Assembly: GCA_036339465.1 (NCBI GenBank)
Contig: JAYZAY010000025.1
Location: 1-29,123 of the forward strand
Origin: Myxococcota bacterium
GTDB taxonomy: Bacteria > Myxococcota > XYA12-FULL-58-9 > JABJBS01
DNA length: 29,123 nt
Reading direction: 5' to 3'
The notes beneath the pieces are model-generated. The model was given only the letters and a program-made list of their open reading frames with translations. It was not told the DNA's origin and ran no database searches. The translations under genes were made by a program, and so were the position numbers. Positions 8,979-18,025 of the stretch are shown piece by piece (position 1 is the first letter of the stretch; each line of letters starts with the position of its first letter).

Positions 8979-9623
8979 ATGGCGCGTAAGCCTTCGCAAA
9001 GACGAAACTTTGAGCAAGACGATCAGGACCTAAACCTTATTCCGTTTATGAACCTCGTGTCTCTTCTCATTCCATGTTTGCTCGTATCTACCGTATTTGT
9101 GTCCATTGCGGTGATCAACGTATCAGCACCTGCAATCGGCACAGCAGCTGAATCGGAACCGGAGAAAGAGAAGCCGGAAAAACCACCGCTCAATCTTACG
9201 GTCACCATCACGGACCAAGGCTACACGCTGGCCGGTTCCGGAGGCGTGCTCCCCGGGATTAAGCCCGCAGCAGCAGGTGAGTCCGGTGGTCCAACGATAC
9301 CACTAATCGATAAAGAGATTAGCTGTACACGCTATCTTGATACCTGGCCGCCGCCGAGATCAGTCAACAAGTCCATGTCAAAATGTACCGATCCAGACGC
9401 TATCCGGGCATTTAAGGTGTATGACCTCGAACGGTTAAGCATCATGCTCATTACCATTAAAGACCAGTTTCCCGAGGAAAATAAGGTTATCATCGCCGCA
9501 GAACCCGACATCGAATTCGAGGCCCTTACGGATGTCATGGACAGCACCAGAGACGTCAAATTGGAGGGCGATGAGCGCCGGCCCCTCTTTCCTGAGGTCG
9601 TACTAAGTCCAGGAATCAGCTAA
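8979..9623 (+). CDS. ExbD/TolR family protein (AglQ-like) with Asn in place of the conserved TM Asp
   Basis: RBS GAGGGG; LNLIPFMNLVSLLIPCLL TM motif; LNLTVTITDQG; VIIAAEPDIEFEALTDVMDSTR periplasmic signature. Confidence 0.9.
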   Translation: MARKPSQRRNFEQDDQDLNLIPFMNLVSLLIPCLLVSTVFVSIAVINVSAPAIGTAAESEPEKEKPEKPPLNLTVTITDQGYTLAGSGGVLPGIKPAAAGESGGPTIPLIDKEISCTRYLDTWPPPRSVNKSMSKCTDPDAIRAFKVYDLERLSIMLITIKDQFPEENKVIIAAEPDIEFEALTDVMDSTRDVKLEGDERRPLFPEVVLSPGIS

Positions 9624-9659
9624 TCACCAGAACCGAAATACCTTATCGAGGACCCACCC

Positions 9660-10253
9660 ATGAGTGACAACAACGACCAAATACCCGAGGACATCAACTC
9701 CTTACCGGATCCGGCAGACCTCCACACCGGCGAGGCGGGACTTGTGAGAGAGAAGAGACTGTCGCGCCGAACTTTCGATGAAGGGGAAGGTTTGAACATC
9801 AACTCTTTGATGGACATTATGACCATTCTTCTCGTCTTCCTCCTCAAATCCTACGGCTCTGACCCCGTGAAATTAAAGCAGGCCCCTGACCTGAAACCAC
9901 CATTTTCCTCGGCCCAGCTAAAACCGGAACAATCCTCAACTGTCACTCTGACCATGAACAACATCCTTGTCAACGACCAGAACGTTCTTAGTATTGTCGA
10001 TGGGAAAGTTAGTGAGGCCGACACCAGCGGCGGTGGCAATTACTTCATCGATCCACTGGGCAGCGTCTTAGAAGGTGATGTAGAAAATCAACGGGCCGTG
10101 GCCAAGTTTAATGCGAACTCGGAATTCACCGGTCTTTTAACCATCATCTGCGATAGGCACGTACCTTTCAGCTTACTCAGCCAGGTCATGTATACGGCCG
10201 GCCAGGTTGAATTCAGCAAATTCAAGTTCCTTGTGGTCAAGGGTGGTGCTTAA
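9660..10253 (+). CDS. ExbD/TolR family protein (AglS-like)
   Basis: RBS GAGGA; LNINSLMDIMTILLVFLLKSY TM motif with Asp52; LTIICDRHVPFSLLSQVMYTAGQVEFSKFKFLV C-terminal signature. Confidence 0.9.
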   Translation: MSDNNDQIPEDINSLPDPADLHTGEAGLVREKRLSRRTFDEGEGLNINSLMDIMTILLVFLLKSYGSDPVKLKQAPDLKPPFSSAQLKPEQSSTVTLTMNNILVNDQNVLSIVDGKVSEADTSGGGNYFIDPLGSVLEGDVENQRAVAKFNANSEFTGLLTIICDRHVPFSLLSQVMYTAGQVEFSKFKFLVVKGGA

Positions 10254-10336
10254 TATCGGCAAAAAATCTGGCATCGCTCTGTAATATGCGTTAGAAATGA
10301 GTGATTAACTCCTTGGGGGATATGAGGGGGACTCGG

Positions 10337-11722
10337 ATGGCATCTTCAAAACAAGAGGCAGCCTCGGGACGGTTAGCAGGCGCTCCTGGCGGCAAAGCCA
10401 AGGTGCTCAGGGCTTGCGTCATTCATAATGGTAAAGTTGTAGACGAACGGCGTGTTTCCGCATCCGAGTCCGTAAGCATCGGAACCAATCCCAAAAATAC
10501 ATTCGCACTTCCAAGTACAAATCTACCAGGTCGGCATGTTCTATTCGAAAGTAAAGCAGGGGCCTATGAGGTCAATCTGCTTGAGGGAATGGACGCCAAA
10601 CTAAGTATGGATGATGCCGCGTCGACCCTGACTCTGAAGAGCCTTGTCGCTGAAGGAATCGCTCAAAAAACCGCAACCGGTTATACCCTGTCGGTGAGTC
10701 CGAGGCACCGTGGAAAAGTTCAGCTTGGCGCCATTACGGTTATTTTCCAATTCATTTCGCCACCACCCGACCCGCCTCAGCCTAAGTTGCCAGCCAGTGC
10801 CCAAGGCAGCATTGGTCAACAAATTGATTGGCCTTATGCGACAATCCTCAGCCTATCAGCGATTTTGCATTTTGCGACTGTGATGGTTTTCGAGAACACG
10901 CCCATGCCCGAGGCCGTGAGTATAGATACCATGGACAATCGCTGGGCTGAACTCATCGTCCCAGAAAAGCCTAAGGATAAACCGAAACCAAAACCAAAGA
11001 AGAAGAAAAAGAAGGAGCAGCCTAAGTCTGAGAAAAAGGTTGCCAAAGCCCCAGCAGAGAAAAAGGCTCCGAAACAGGAACCAAAAACAGAGAAAGAAGC
11101 GAAGGTACGCGCAGAGAAAAAGCAAGCAGCGCGCAAAACTATCTCGAATAGGGGAATGCTCGCCCTGCTGGGGTCGAAAAGTGGTGCAGGAGCGGCAGTT
11201 GCCGACGTTCTAAGCGCCGGTGGTATAGGGGGGGACCTGGACTCGGCATTTGATGGCGTTGCCGGGGTTGGAGTGGCCGCGGCCGGTTCACCCACGAAGC
11301 GGGGTGGGTCCGCAGGCGAGGCAGCGAGTATCGGAGGGCTCGCTACTATGGGTGGTGTAAAAATTGGTAGACAAAAGAAGAAAACACGGCGCGTTGCAAG
11401 TTCTGCGGTTGGTACCATTGAGGCCGATGGCTCGCTTGATTCGGACAAGATCGCACGGGTTGTTCGCAAATATCAGAAGGGTGTACAAGCTTGTTACGAA
11501 AAGGCTCTTAAACGAGACTCAAATCTTAGTGGCAAATTAGAGGTGGAAATTACCATCGGCGAAGATGGCAAGGTCATTGAGGTCGCAATCCTCGAGGATG
11601 GGCTTGGATCCCGGTCGTTGCAAACGTGTGTGCGATCAAGGGTCCGTCGGTGGCGATTTCCAAAACCGGATGGCGGTGAAGTTACCTTTAGCTTCCCGTT
11701 CATTTTCAGTTCTTCGGGCTGA
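10337..11722 (+). CDS. GltG/PglI-like TonB-type energy transducer (AgmX/PglI C-terminal domain)
   Basis: ATG 10337 after GAGGGGG. Cytoplasmic N-terminal domain (KVLRACVIHNGKVVDERR), single TM with S-x3-H motif (LSAILHF), Lys/Pro-rich spacer, Gly-rich linker. TonB_C-like C-terminus (VQACYEKALKRDSNLSGKLEVEITIGEDGKV...CVRSRVRRWRFPKPDGGEVTFSFPFIF). Confidence 0.9.
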   Translation: MASSKQEAASGRLAGAPGGKAKVLRACVIHNGKVVDERRVSASESVSIGTNPKNTFALPSTNLPGRHVLFESKAGAYEVNLLEGMDAKLSMDDAASTLTLKSLVAEGIAQKTATGYTLSVSPRHRGKVQLGAITVIFQFISPPPDPPQPKLPASAQGSIGQQIDWPYATILSLSAILHFATVMVFENTPMPEAVSIDTMDNRWAELIVPEKPKDKPKPKPKKKKKKEQPKSEKKVAKAPAEKKAPKQEPKTEKEAKVRAEKKQAARKTISNRGMLALLGSKSGAGAAVADVLSAGGIGGDLDSAFDGVAGVGVAAAGSPTKRGGSAGEAASIGGLATMGGVKIGRQKKKTRRVASSAVGTIEADGSLDSDKIARVVRKYQKGVQACYEKALKRDSNLSGKLEVEITIGEDGKVIEVAILEDGLGSRSLQTCVRSRVRRWRFPKPDGGEVTFSFPFIFSSSG

Positions 11723-11751
11723 TATAGCTCGCGTGCAGAAGGGGTAACGGG

Positions 11752-12756
11752 GTGAAAGCGCAAAAGCTTCCAGAACTTTACAATTTGATCAAGAGTGACC
11801 AGTTCCAGGCGTGGCAAGGAAAGTTGGAGAATCTCCAACAGCGAGAATCCGACCTACGGACGGAGTGCCAAGAGCTCGAATTAAAGGTCGCCACGGTGAG
11901 TTTTAGGGCGGAATATTTTCAGCGAGCCGGGGATAGTTCACTCTTTGCCGCTGGTGACATGGAGAATCGCTCCCACGAATACCTGGCGGAACATGAGAGC
12001 CTCGACAATGACTCCTTTGAGATTCTCAGCCAATTCCAAGAGGCAAATGCGCGTGTTAACACCCGATCGATCGATTTCGACCAGGTTGACAAAGAATTGG
12101 AAGATATTCGAATTACGGCCTCCGAGCGGCGGCGCGAACTTCAAGCTCAGGGCAGCAATGGTGCCACCGAGGAGGATATTCGGCTTCAGGAATTGGAACG
12201 TAAAATCAAGGCGCTTGGCGAAAGTGCAGGCGCAGCCAGGGTTGCACTCGAGCACGAGCAGCACGACCGAGATAGCCTATGGGGGAGCATTGAGGAAAGC
12301 TGGCAACAGGCTTTTCGGGCCAACATGGCGCGCTCAGAGTATTTGTATCAATCGAGAAAGTGCCACAGTAAGGCCGAAAAGTTGTTTGCCTTAGCCGAAG
12401 AGGAACGGGTGAATCTGAAGTCCCTGCGTGATCGACTTGAGACGGTTGTCCAGTCCGTTACGGAGGCCGTTGCAGCACAGGACTCTTTACTAACCACAGG
12501 CGCTGGGAATTTCAGCTGTACCGTGGTCGATGACTTCCTATTTTGGCCGAACGAAGAAGATGTTCAATCCGTGTTTTGTGTGCCGGTGTTGAATGACAAT
12601 TCGCATTTTAATATCCAGATTAAATCGCGGAAAGTGTACCAGTTGGATAAGGAAAAGGGTCTCGATTTTATGGAACCGGTGGCTGAAGATGGTGGCTCAG
12701 GTGAGCTGGATCCGAGGTTGGAGTCATTTTTTAGCGACCTCCGACCATCATCGTAA
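11752..12756 (+). CDS. Hypothetical cytoplasmic coiled-coil protein with a small C-terminal globular domain
   Basis: GTG start 29 bp after the gltG-like stop, preceded by GAAGGGG. About 250 aa of E/Q/R/L heptads followed by a beta-rich segment (FSCTVVDDFLFWP...VYQLDKEKGLDFMEPV). Confidence 0.8.
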   Translation: MKAQKLPELYNLIKSDQFQAWQGKLENLQQRESDLRTECQELELKVATVSFRAEYFQRAGDSSLFAAGDMENRSHEYLAEHESLDNDSFEILSQFQEANARVNTRSIDFDQVDKELEDIRITASERRRELQAQGSNGATEEDIRLQELERKIKALGESAGAARVALEHEQHDRDSLWGSIEESWQQAFRANMARSEYLYQSRKCHSKAEKLFALAEEERVNLKSLRDRLETVVQSVTEAVAAQDSLLTTGAGNFSCTVVDDFLFWPNEEDVQSVFCVPVLNDNSHFNIQIKSRKVYQLDKEKGLDFMEPVAEDGGSGELDPRLESFFSDLRPSS

Positions 12757-12804
12757 ATTGAATTAGTAACCTATAGCTTTAAAATGAGTTCAAGGGATTT
12801 TGTC

Positions 12805-13260
12805 ATGGACACGCAGGATAAACGAGGGATTCTCGCTGATTCTCCACTTTTCGATAATTTGCTAACGACGGAACTGACGATGTTGGCGGACCTCTTTACG
12901 GTCAAAGAGTACAAGACAGGCGAGCTTGTTTTCGATGAAGGTAATGTTGGGGACTCAATGTATGTCATCGCCGAAGGGATAGTCGAAGTGCTTCGACGAA
13001 ACCCCGACGGCGAATTCCAGGCCATTGCCGAACTCGGGGAGCGGCAGTTTTTTGGTGAAATGTCCTTAATTGATAAGGAATATCGAAGTGCCACCGTCCG
13101 CGCCAAGCAAGGAGCAAAACTGCTCCAGCTCTCCAACGAGAATCTCCACATTTTCGCTCGAAATTATCGAAATGGTTTTACCTGGGTGGTGGTGAATATT
13201 GCGAGGGTTCTTAGTACCCGGCTACGTGAAGTTAATCGAAGATTGACTGAGAAGCTCTAG
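12805..13260 (+). CDS. Stand-alone cyclic nucleotide-binding domain protein
   Basis: Motifs GELVFDEGNVGDSMYVIAEGIVEV and phosphate-binding cassette FFGEMSLIDKEYRSATVRA; no HTH follows. ATG 12805 has RBS AAGGGA; 12784 is an alternative start. Confidence 0.9.
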   Translation: MDTQDKRGILADSPLFDNLLTTELTMLADLFTVKEYKTGELVFDEGNVGDSMYVIAEGIVEVLRRNPDGEFQAIAELGERQFFGEMSLIDKEYRSATVRAKQGAKLLQLSNENLHIFARNYRNGFTWVVVNIARVLSTRLREVNRRLTEKL

Positions 13261-13303
13261 GCTAGATGTAACCTTGAGGGGAGGGTAGATGCCGTAGGGG
13301 TGA

Positions 13304-14239
13304 CTACCCCAAAAGCTCAGCCGCTCCTTGCTCTACAAGCTTATGATGTGTCTCCTCGATCAGAGCCGTGATTGAATCGGAGGCCGCCGAGGCTGTGAGT
13401 CTTTGCAGCGGCTCTATAGAAGCGATAACCGCGTGAAAGCTGTAGCCTTGTTTTTGGGGTCTACAGAGGCAACCAAGCGGGAGGTGACAGCCACCACCGA
13501 ACTTGGCGAGTAATCCCCTCTCTGCCGAGACGCTCATGGAAGTGTTTTCACAGTGGAGAGGCTTAACATACCGGAGAGCGTGTTGATCCTCAGTGCGGAT
13601 TTGGATGCCTAGGGCTCCCTGGCCCGGCGCCGGACAAATGAGCTCGGGTGCTAACGGCACCACATCGTAAGCGGAGAGCACCCCGGAAAGATGTTCTCCC
13701 AGCCTTTCCACACCTGCTTGAGCGAGTATGATACCATCCAAGGCCATTCCCTGTATTTTTTCGATTCGGGTGGGTACATTACCCCGGATACCGACCAATT
13801 CAATGTCTGGGCGAATGGTCTTCAGGTGGGCCTGCCGCCTTAGGGAGGAAGTTCCTATTCTAGCATTGCGTCTAAGGGGCTGTTTACCCGTGTCTTGAAG
13901 CTGTGCATCTTTACGAACAATCAAAACATCGAGCGCCGATGCTCGCGGGGGAATCGCCCCGATGCGAAGCCCGTCTACATCTTCAGTGGGTAAGTCCTTC
14001 AAGGAATGAACCGCGATATCAATTTGGCGACTTAAGAGGGCGAGCTCTATTTCTTTGGTAAAAAAGCCTTTCCCTTCAACTTTATCGAGACTTAAATGTT
14101 GAATTGTATCGCCACTGGTCTTGATAACCTTAATAGTGGTGGGGATCCCAAGCATTTGTTGCACAAACTTGGCCTGCCACAATGCCAAGTCCGATCCCCG
14201 AGACCCAATCACCAAGCTACGAGCCGACCCGGTGGTCAT
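13304..14239 (-). CDS. hemC: Hydroxymethylbilane synthase (porphobilinogen deaminase)
   Basis: [54 protein letters not shown] and GGGCHLPLG (cofactor Cys). The start at 14239 overlaps the queF stop (ATGA). Confidence 0.97.
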   Translation of the reverse strand: MTTGSARSLVIGSRGSDLALWQAKFVQQMLGIPTTIKVIKTSGDTIQHLSLDKVEGKGFFTKEIELALLSRQIDIAVHSLKDLPTEDVDGLRIGAIPPRASALDVLIVRKDAQLQDTGKQPLRRNARIGTSSLRRQAHLKTIRPDIELVGIRGNVPTRIEKIQGMALDGIILAQAGVERLGEHLSGVLSAYDVVPLAPELICPAPGQGALGIQIRTEDQHALRYVKPLHCENTSMSVSAERGLLAKFGGGCHLPLGCLCRPQKQGYSFHAVIASIEPLQRLTASAASDSITALIEETHHKLVEQGAAELLG

Positions 14240-14604
14240 GCTCCACATCCGGTGGTACCATGTTCCACTCTAACGATGGTCTTGATACCACCCCGAACGT
14301 AAAAATCCCCCTCAACTTTCAACCAGCGCGGTGAAGTGAGACCGACCAAATCGTTTAAAATGTCGTTGGTGACCTTCTCGTGAAAATGCCCCTCGCCTCT
14401 GAACGACCACAAATAAAGCTTTAAACTCTTGAGTTCGACACAAAGCTTGTCTGGGGTATAAGTTATTCGTATGGTGGCAAAATCCGGTTGGCCGGTCTTG
14501 GGGCAGAGACAGGTGAACTCAGGACATTCAAAATATATCTCATAGTTTCGATCAGGTGCGGGATTTTCAAATGTTTCCAATTGTTTTGAGGCCGTTGTCG
14601 ACAT
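14236..14604 (-). CDS. queF: NADPH-dependent 7-cyano-7-deazaguanine (preQ0) reductase, short unimodular type
   Basis: [33 protein letters not shown] and RGGI motifs; 122 aa; RBS AGGAG on the minus strand. Confidence 0.97.
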   Translation of the reverse strand: MSTTASKQLETFENPAPDRNYEIYFECPEFTCLCPKTGQPDFATIRITYTPDKLCVELKSLKLYLWSFRGEGHFHEKVTNDILNDLVGLTSPRWLKVEGDFYVRGGIKTIVRVEHGTTGCGA

Positions 14605-14729
14605 TCCATTCTCCTAATTTCTCACCAGCTTAAGGTTGCGTAAAATAGGGAGTTAGCACGCAGTTGTACAGAACAAAATCACGGTTTTCTCAGGACTTAA
14701 CCCTCGAAATTTAGAAAGGCATTTTAGCT

Positions 14730-15623
14730 TTGGAGTTTCACGATGAAATCATAGCGGTCAACGATTTAGGCACTCAACGCCTCCTGGCACTCTGGCTCAT
14801 TGCCATGGATGTGGACCATTCTTGGAAAATCACCGTCAATGGCTACGCTCGCTGGGCGAGACTCTTCGTCGAGCCTGAAATGAAAAACCTGGCCAGTGAG
14901 TTGGTTTCTGACGCACTCGTAGAAGCGCGCCTTTGTTCGGAGGTCGCCCCACTCAGGGTGGAACTCGACCTTCATAGGCAACCCGAATTTACTTTTGGTC
15001 TCTCCATGGGGGCGATTTTGATTTGGCTCCACATGTTGGCCAATCAACCCGACTGGAAAAGCCAAATCTACGATGCCGCGACCATGGTGCCGCATCTTGT
15101 GGCCGGAGGAGAGTGGTGGCGTATGCTCACCGCTGAACTCCTGCATGCAGATTGGAAGCATGTCCTAAGTAACGCTGTGTATCTTTTTGTCTTTAGTTGG
15201 GGCGCAAGCGAGAGAATCGGTGCGACCTTCTGTGTATTCACGTTCTGGGCAGGCGGAACCTTCGGATACTATGTCAGCTACGAGATGCAGCCCCATGTCG
15301 CATCTTTGGGAGCCTCGTCGGGTGTCTTCGCGGTGTTACCCTTACTTCTCGCCCTAGACCGGGGGCGAGGTTTTCCGAGCATCTTTCAACGTCACCGATA
15401 CATCGGCGCAACATTAACGCTACTCTTATTGATGGCCTTCGAGCCAAGTAGCAACATCCATGCCCATGTCGGTGGATTCATTGGAGGTACGCTCTGTCTG
15501 TTGGCGTACCACCAGTTCTCTTTTCTAAGACGACCTCAAACCCAGTTCAGCTTGGCAGTGCTCTCCACCGCTTTCGCTATCTATGCTTGCATGGTCGCGA
15601 TGGAATCGAGTTTTAGATTCTAG
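14730..15623 (+). CDS. Rhomboid family intramembrane serine protease with an N-terminal soluble domain
   Basis: GEWWR, LHADWKHVLSN, catalytic LGASSGVF and AHVGGFIGG motifs; several TM segments; TTG start after AGAAAGG. Confidence 0.9.
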   Translation: MEFHDEIIAVNDLGTQRLLALWLIAMDVDHSWKITVNGYARWARLFVEPEMKNLASELVSDALVEARLCSEVAPLRVELDLHRQPEFTFGLSMGAILIWLHMLANQPDWKSQIYDAATMVPHLVAGGEWWRMLTAELLHADWKHVLSNAVYLFVFSWGASERIGATFCVFTFWAGGTFGYYVSYEMQPHVASLGASSGVFAVLPLLLALDRGRGFPSIFQRHRYIGATLTLLLLMAFEPSSNIHAHVGGFIGGTLCLLAYHQFSFLRRPQTQFSLAVLSTAFAIYACMVAMESSFRF

Positions 15624-15645
15624 AGCGATGGGGACAAGCGCGTTG

Positions 15646-16137
15646 CTAGTTGGATTGACTTGCGATTTGTTGAAGCAGACCTTCAACATAAGACTGCGTT
15701 CCGGACTCGAGCTCCCGCTCATTGAGCTGGCGGAGCCGGTCTTCAACGAGTATCGTGGATTGCATTCTGCCCTGCATTAAGAGAGAAGAAATCTGACCCA
15801 TTGCCTCCCGTAAGACCTTTTCGGCGGGATGCTGTAATACTTTTACAAGGATTTCAGCATCATCGGGCAACTGGTGAAATTGAAGAAATTGGTCCGTTGC
15901 CTGTTCAATCTCTTGTGGTTCTCGCGCAATTCGTAATCTTTCAAGTCGGAGCCTGAATTCAGAAGGCGCTCGTCCAAGGGACTTGCGAGGATTGGCGAAC
16001 ACTGGACGCTCGTCTTGCATTCGAGCGACGGTTTTTCTGGTTGTTGTTGTGGGAGCAGCGCTACCGCTGCCGGAAAATAAGGCTTCTAATTTTTGTAGGT
16101 GCTCAGAAGCACCTGACTGACTATCTTGCATCACCAT
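15646..16137 (-). CDS. Hypothetical protein
   Basis: 163-aa ORF filling the gap between the rhomboid gene and trmB; helical C-terminal domain (HQLPDDAEILVKVLQHPAEKVLREA). Confidence 0.75.
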   Translation of the reverse strand: MVMQDSQSGASEHLQKLEALFSGSGSAAPTTTTRKTVARMQDERPVFANPRKSLGRAPSEFRLRLERLRIAREPQEIEQATDQFLQFHQLPDDAEILVKVLQHPAEKVLREAMGQISSLLMQGRMQSTILVEDRLRQLNERELESGTQSYVEGLLQQIASQSN

Positions 16138-16256
16138 TCACAATTTAAAGTTGACGAGTGTAGAAGCGCAGGTGAAAAAACCTGCGAGAAACTAATTATG
16201 CGCCCCACATAGCACCGCGGATATCCCGATACAAGCAAATTATAGGGCTAACTGGC

Positions 16257-16916
16257 CTAGCAGTTAGCTCCCCCGCGTACCTTTTCGTAAAAAAGTCGAT
16301 AGATCGGATCACCCCGACCTACATGGGTGATTTCTCGCTCAGACCGGATGGTTGTAGAGCTTTGCTTCAGAAACCCACTAAAGGGGCTTTGGTAGCCGGG
16401 ATGCACACTGAGGAGTTCTAGCGCCTCCTGACCGATGGGCTCAAAGTCTGTCATGAGGTGCAATTGGCCGCCCATTCGGAATTTTCGGAACATGATATCT
16501 AGGAATTCCTGATTGATAACCCGTCGCTTTTGATGCCGCTTTTTAAACCAGGGATCTGGAAAATTAACCGACACGAAGGCAACCGAATCATCGGGGATTA
16601 AAGCTTCAATATCCCGGTTCACATTGGCCAAGACAGCAGATAGATTGGGGAGCCCTTCGTCTTCTGCGATCTCGAGGATTTTTTCCACAAAGTGTGGACG
16701 AATCTCGATGCCGAGGATGTTCATTTCGGATTTTTGGCGGGCCAATTCCACTAGAAATTGTCCCGCCCCAAACCCGATATCAATGGCCAAGGGGGCCGGT
16801 CGGCTAAATAGCGCTCGAAGTGGCAGGATACCCTCCGGCTGTGGAACGCTGAAGGGATTGCCGTGGATGCGATGGCGTTTTCTTTTCTTAGAACTATGGA
16901 CCGTGGTCGAACTCAT
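16257..16916 (-). CDS. trmB: tRNA (guanine-N7)-methyltransferase
   Basis: IDIGFGAGQF SAM-binding motif, LGIEIR, NFPDPWFKKRHQKRR and LHLMTD. Confidence 0.95.
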   Translation of the reverse strand: MSSTTVHSSKKRKRHRIHGNPFSVPQPEGILPLRALFSRPAPLAIDIGFGAGQFLVELARQKSEMNILGIEIRPHFVEKILEIAEDEGLPNLSAVLANVNRDIEALIPDDSVAFVSVNFPDPWFKKRHQKRRVINQEFLDIMFRKFRMGGQLHLMTDFEPIGQEALELLSVHPGYQSPFSGFLKQSSTTIRSEREITHVGRGDPIYRLFYEKVRGGANC

Positions 16917-16963
16917 CTAGCGCCTATAAGACCATGATTTAAAAGTGGTCAACCCTTTTTGGC

Positions 16964-17968
16964 TTACGTGGTCGGATATTGCGGCGGGATGGCCCAGGTA
17001 TCCTGAATGTGGGTCGTATTGGAAAGAACCATCAATAGCCGATCGAGTCCCAGTGCGTTTCCGGCTGCGCTCTGAATCCGATCGAGGGCACGCAGAAAGG
17101 CAGGGTCGTCGGGATAGCAAGTCTTTCCGAGAGCCTGACGTTCGCGTTTCTCTTTTGCGAAGCGTTTGGCCTGCTCCTGGACATCGGTCAATTCTCCAAA
17201 CCCATTGGCCAATTCCAAGCCACCCACGTACAGCTCGAAACGCTCGGAGACACGAAGATTGGCTGGTGCCAACCGTGCCAGTGCCGCTAGGGGCGCGGGG
17301 TAGTGGGTTAAAAAAAAGGGCTGGTCCGATTCCACCAGTTTGGGTTCTACCCGGCTGAGGAACGCTCGATGGAAAAGTGTTTCGAAATCATCTTTGTCGT
17401 CGAAGGCAATTCCTTGCCGTGTGAGTTGCGCCCTTAGCGGCTCGGGCTCCAAATAATCGGAGACGGCGAATCCCAGATACGTCTGAAAAGCTTCATCGAC
17501 GGTTATTTGCCGAAATGGTCGACTAAGGTCGATGGTGCGAGCCCCAAAGCTGAGTTTCTCGCCCAGATTGAGAACCTCTGCGCATTTTCGGATAAGACTT
17601 TCGGTGTCCTCCAATAACTTTTCCCAGGTCTCGCCCTTACGATACCACTCAAGCATTCGAAATTCAGGTAAGTGGGTGTTGCTGTGGTCGTGCTCCCTAA
17701 AGACCGGCGCGATCTGATAAATTCTTTCCAGGCCATCGAGGGCAAGCAATTTCTTCATGGAGGATTCAGGGGAGGGCTGTAAGAAGATGCGATGAGGGAG
17801 GCCATTGCAGTGAAGGATGCATAAGGGCGCATCGATATGAGCCTCAGGGATTGGCGCGGGTATTGCCACGGGGGTATCCACCTCGACGAAATCCATTTGG
17901 TCGAAAAAGTTTCGGATGGTTTGAACCACCAGGGCCCGCTCTTTGATTTGCTGCATTTGTTTTTCCAT
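16964..17968 (-). CDS. epmA: EF-P lysine aminoacylase EpmA (GenX/PoxA)
   Basis: LysRS catalytic-domain-only paralog: FVEVDTP, LQPSPESSMKKLLA, VFRE..HLPEFRMLEWY, ERFELYVGGLELANGFGELTD, AGNALGLDRLLM. Confidence 0.93.
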   Translation of the reverse strand: MEKQMQQIKERALVVQTIRNFFDQMDFVEVDTPVAIPAPIPEAHIDAPLCILHCNGLPHRIFLQPSPESSMKKLLALDGLERIYQIAPVFREHDHSNTHLPEFRMLEWYRKGETWEKLLEDTESLIRKCAEVLNLGEKLSFGARTIDLSRPFRQITVDEAFQTYLGFAVSDYLEPEPLRAQLTRQGIAFDDKDDFETLFHRAFLSRVEPKLVESDQPFFLTHYPAPLAALARLAPANLRVSERFELYVGGLELANGFGELTDVQEQAKRFAKEKRERQALGKTCYPDDPAFLRALDRIQSAAGNALGLDRLLMVLSNTTHIQDTWAIPPQYPTT

Positions 17969-18025
17969 AGTAGATCCCGCCAGCGCGCCTACCAGTCAGG
18001 TAGACGAATGAGAAGGGAAGAACTT

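Noticed and set aside
13297..13310. GGGGT-GACT-ACCCC hairpin as a terminator between the convergent cNMP gene and hemC
   Set aside because: Only 5 bp and overlapping the hemC stop codon; too weak to call.
14605..14729. preQ1 riboswitch upstream of queF (minus strand)
   Set aside because: No convincing P1 stem with the conserved loop and A-rich 3' tail; only a 3-4 bp pairing (AGGG/CCT) was seen. An Rfam/Infernal scan would settle it.
14730..15623. Rhomboid as a dedicated sortase for the giant surface protein
   Set aside because: It is about 6 kb away among housekeeping genes, and the giant protein's C-terminus is outside the window, so no sorting signal can be assessed.
17837..18025. 63-aa N-terminal extension of the FadL-type ORF
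   Set aside because: It overlaps epmA on the opposite strand; ATG 18026 has an RBS and gives a proper signal peptide.
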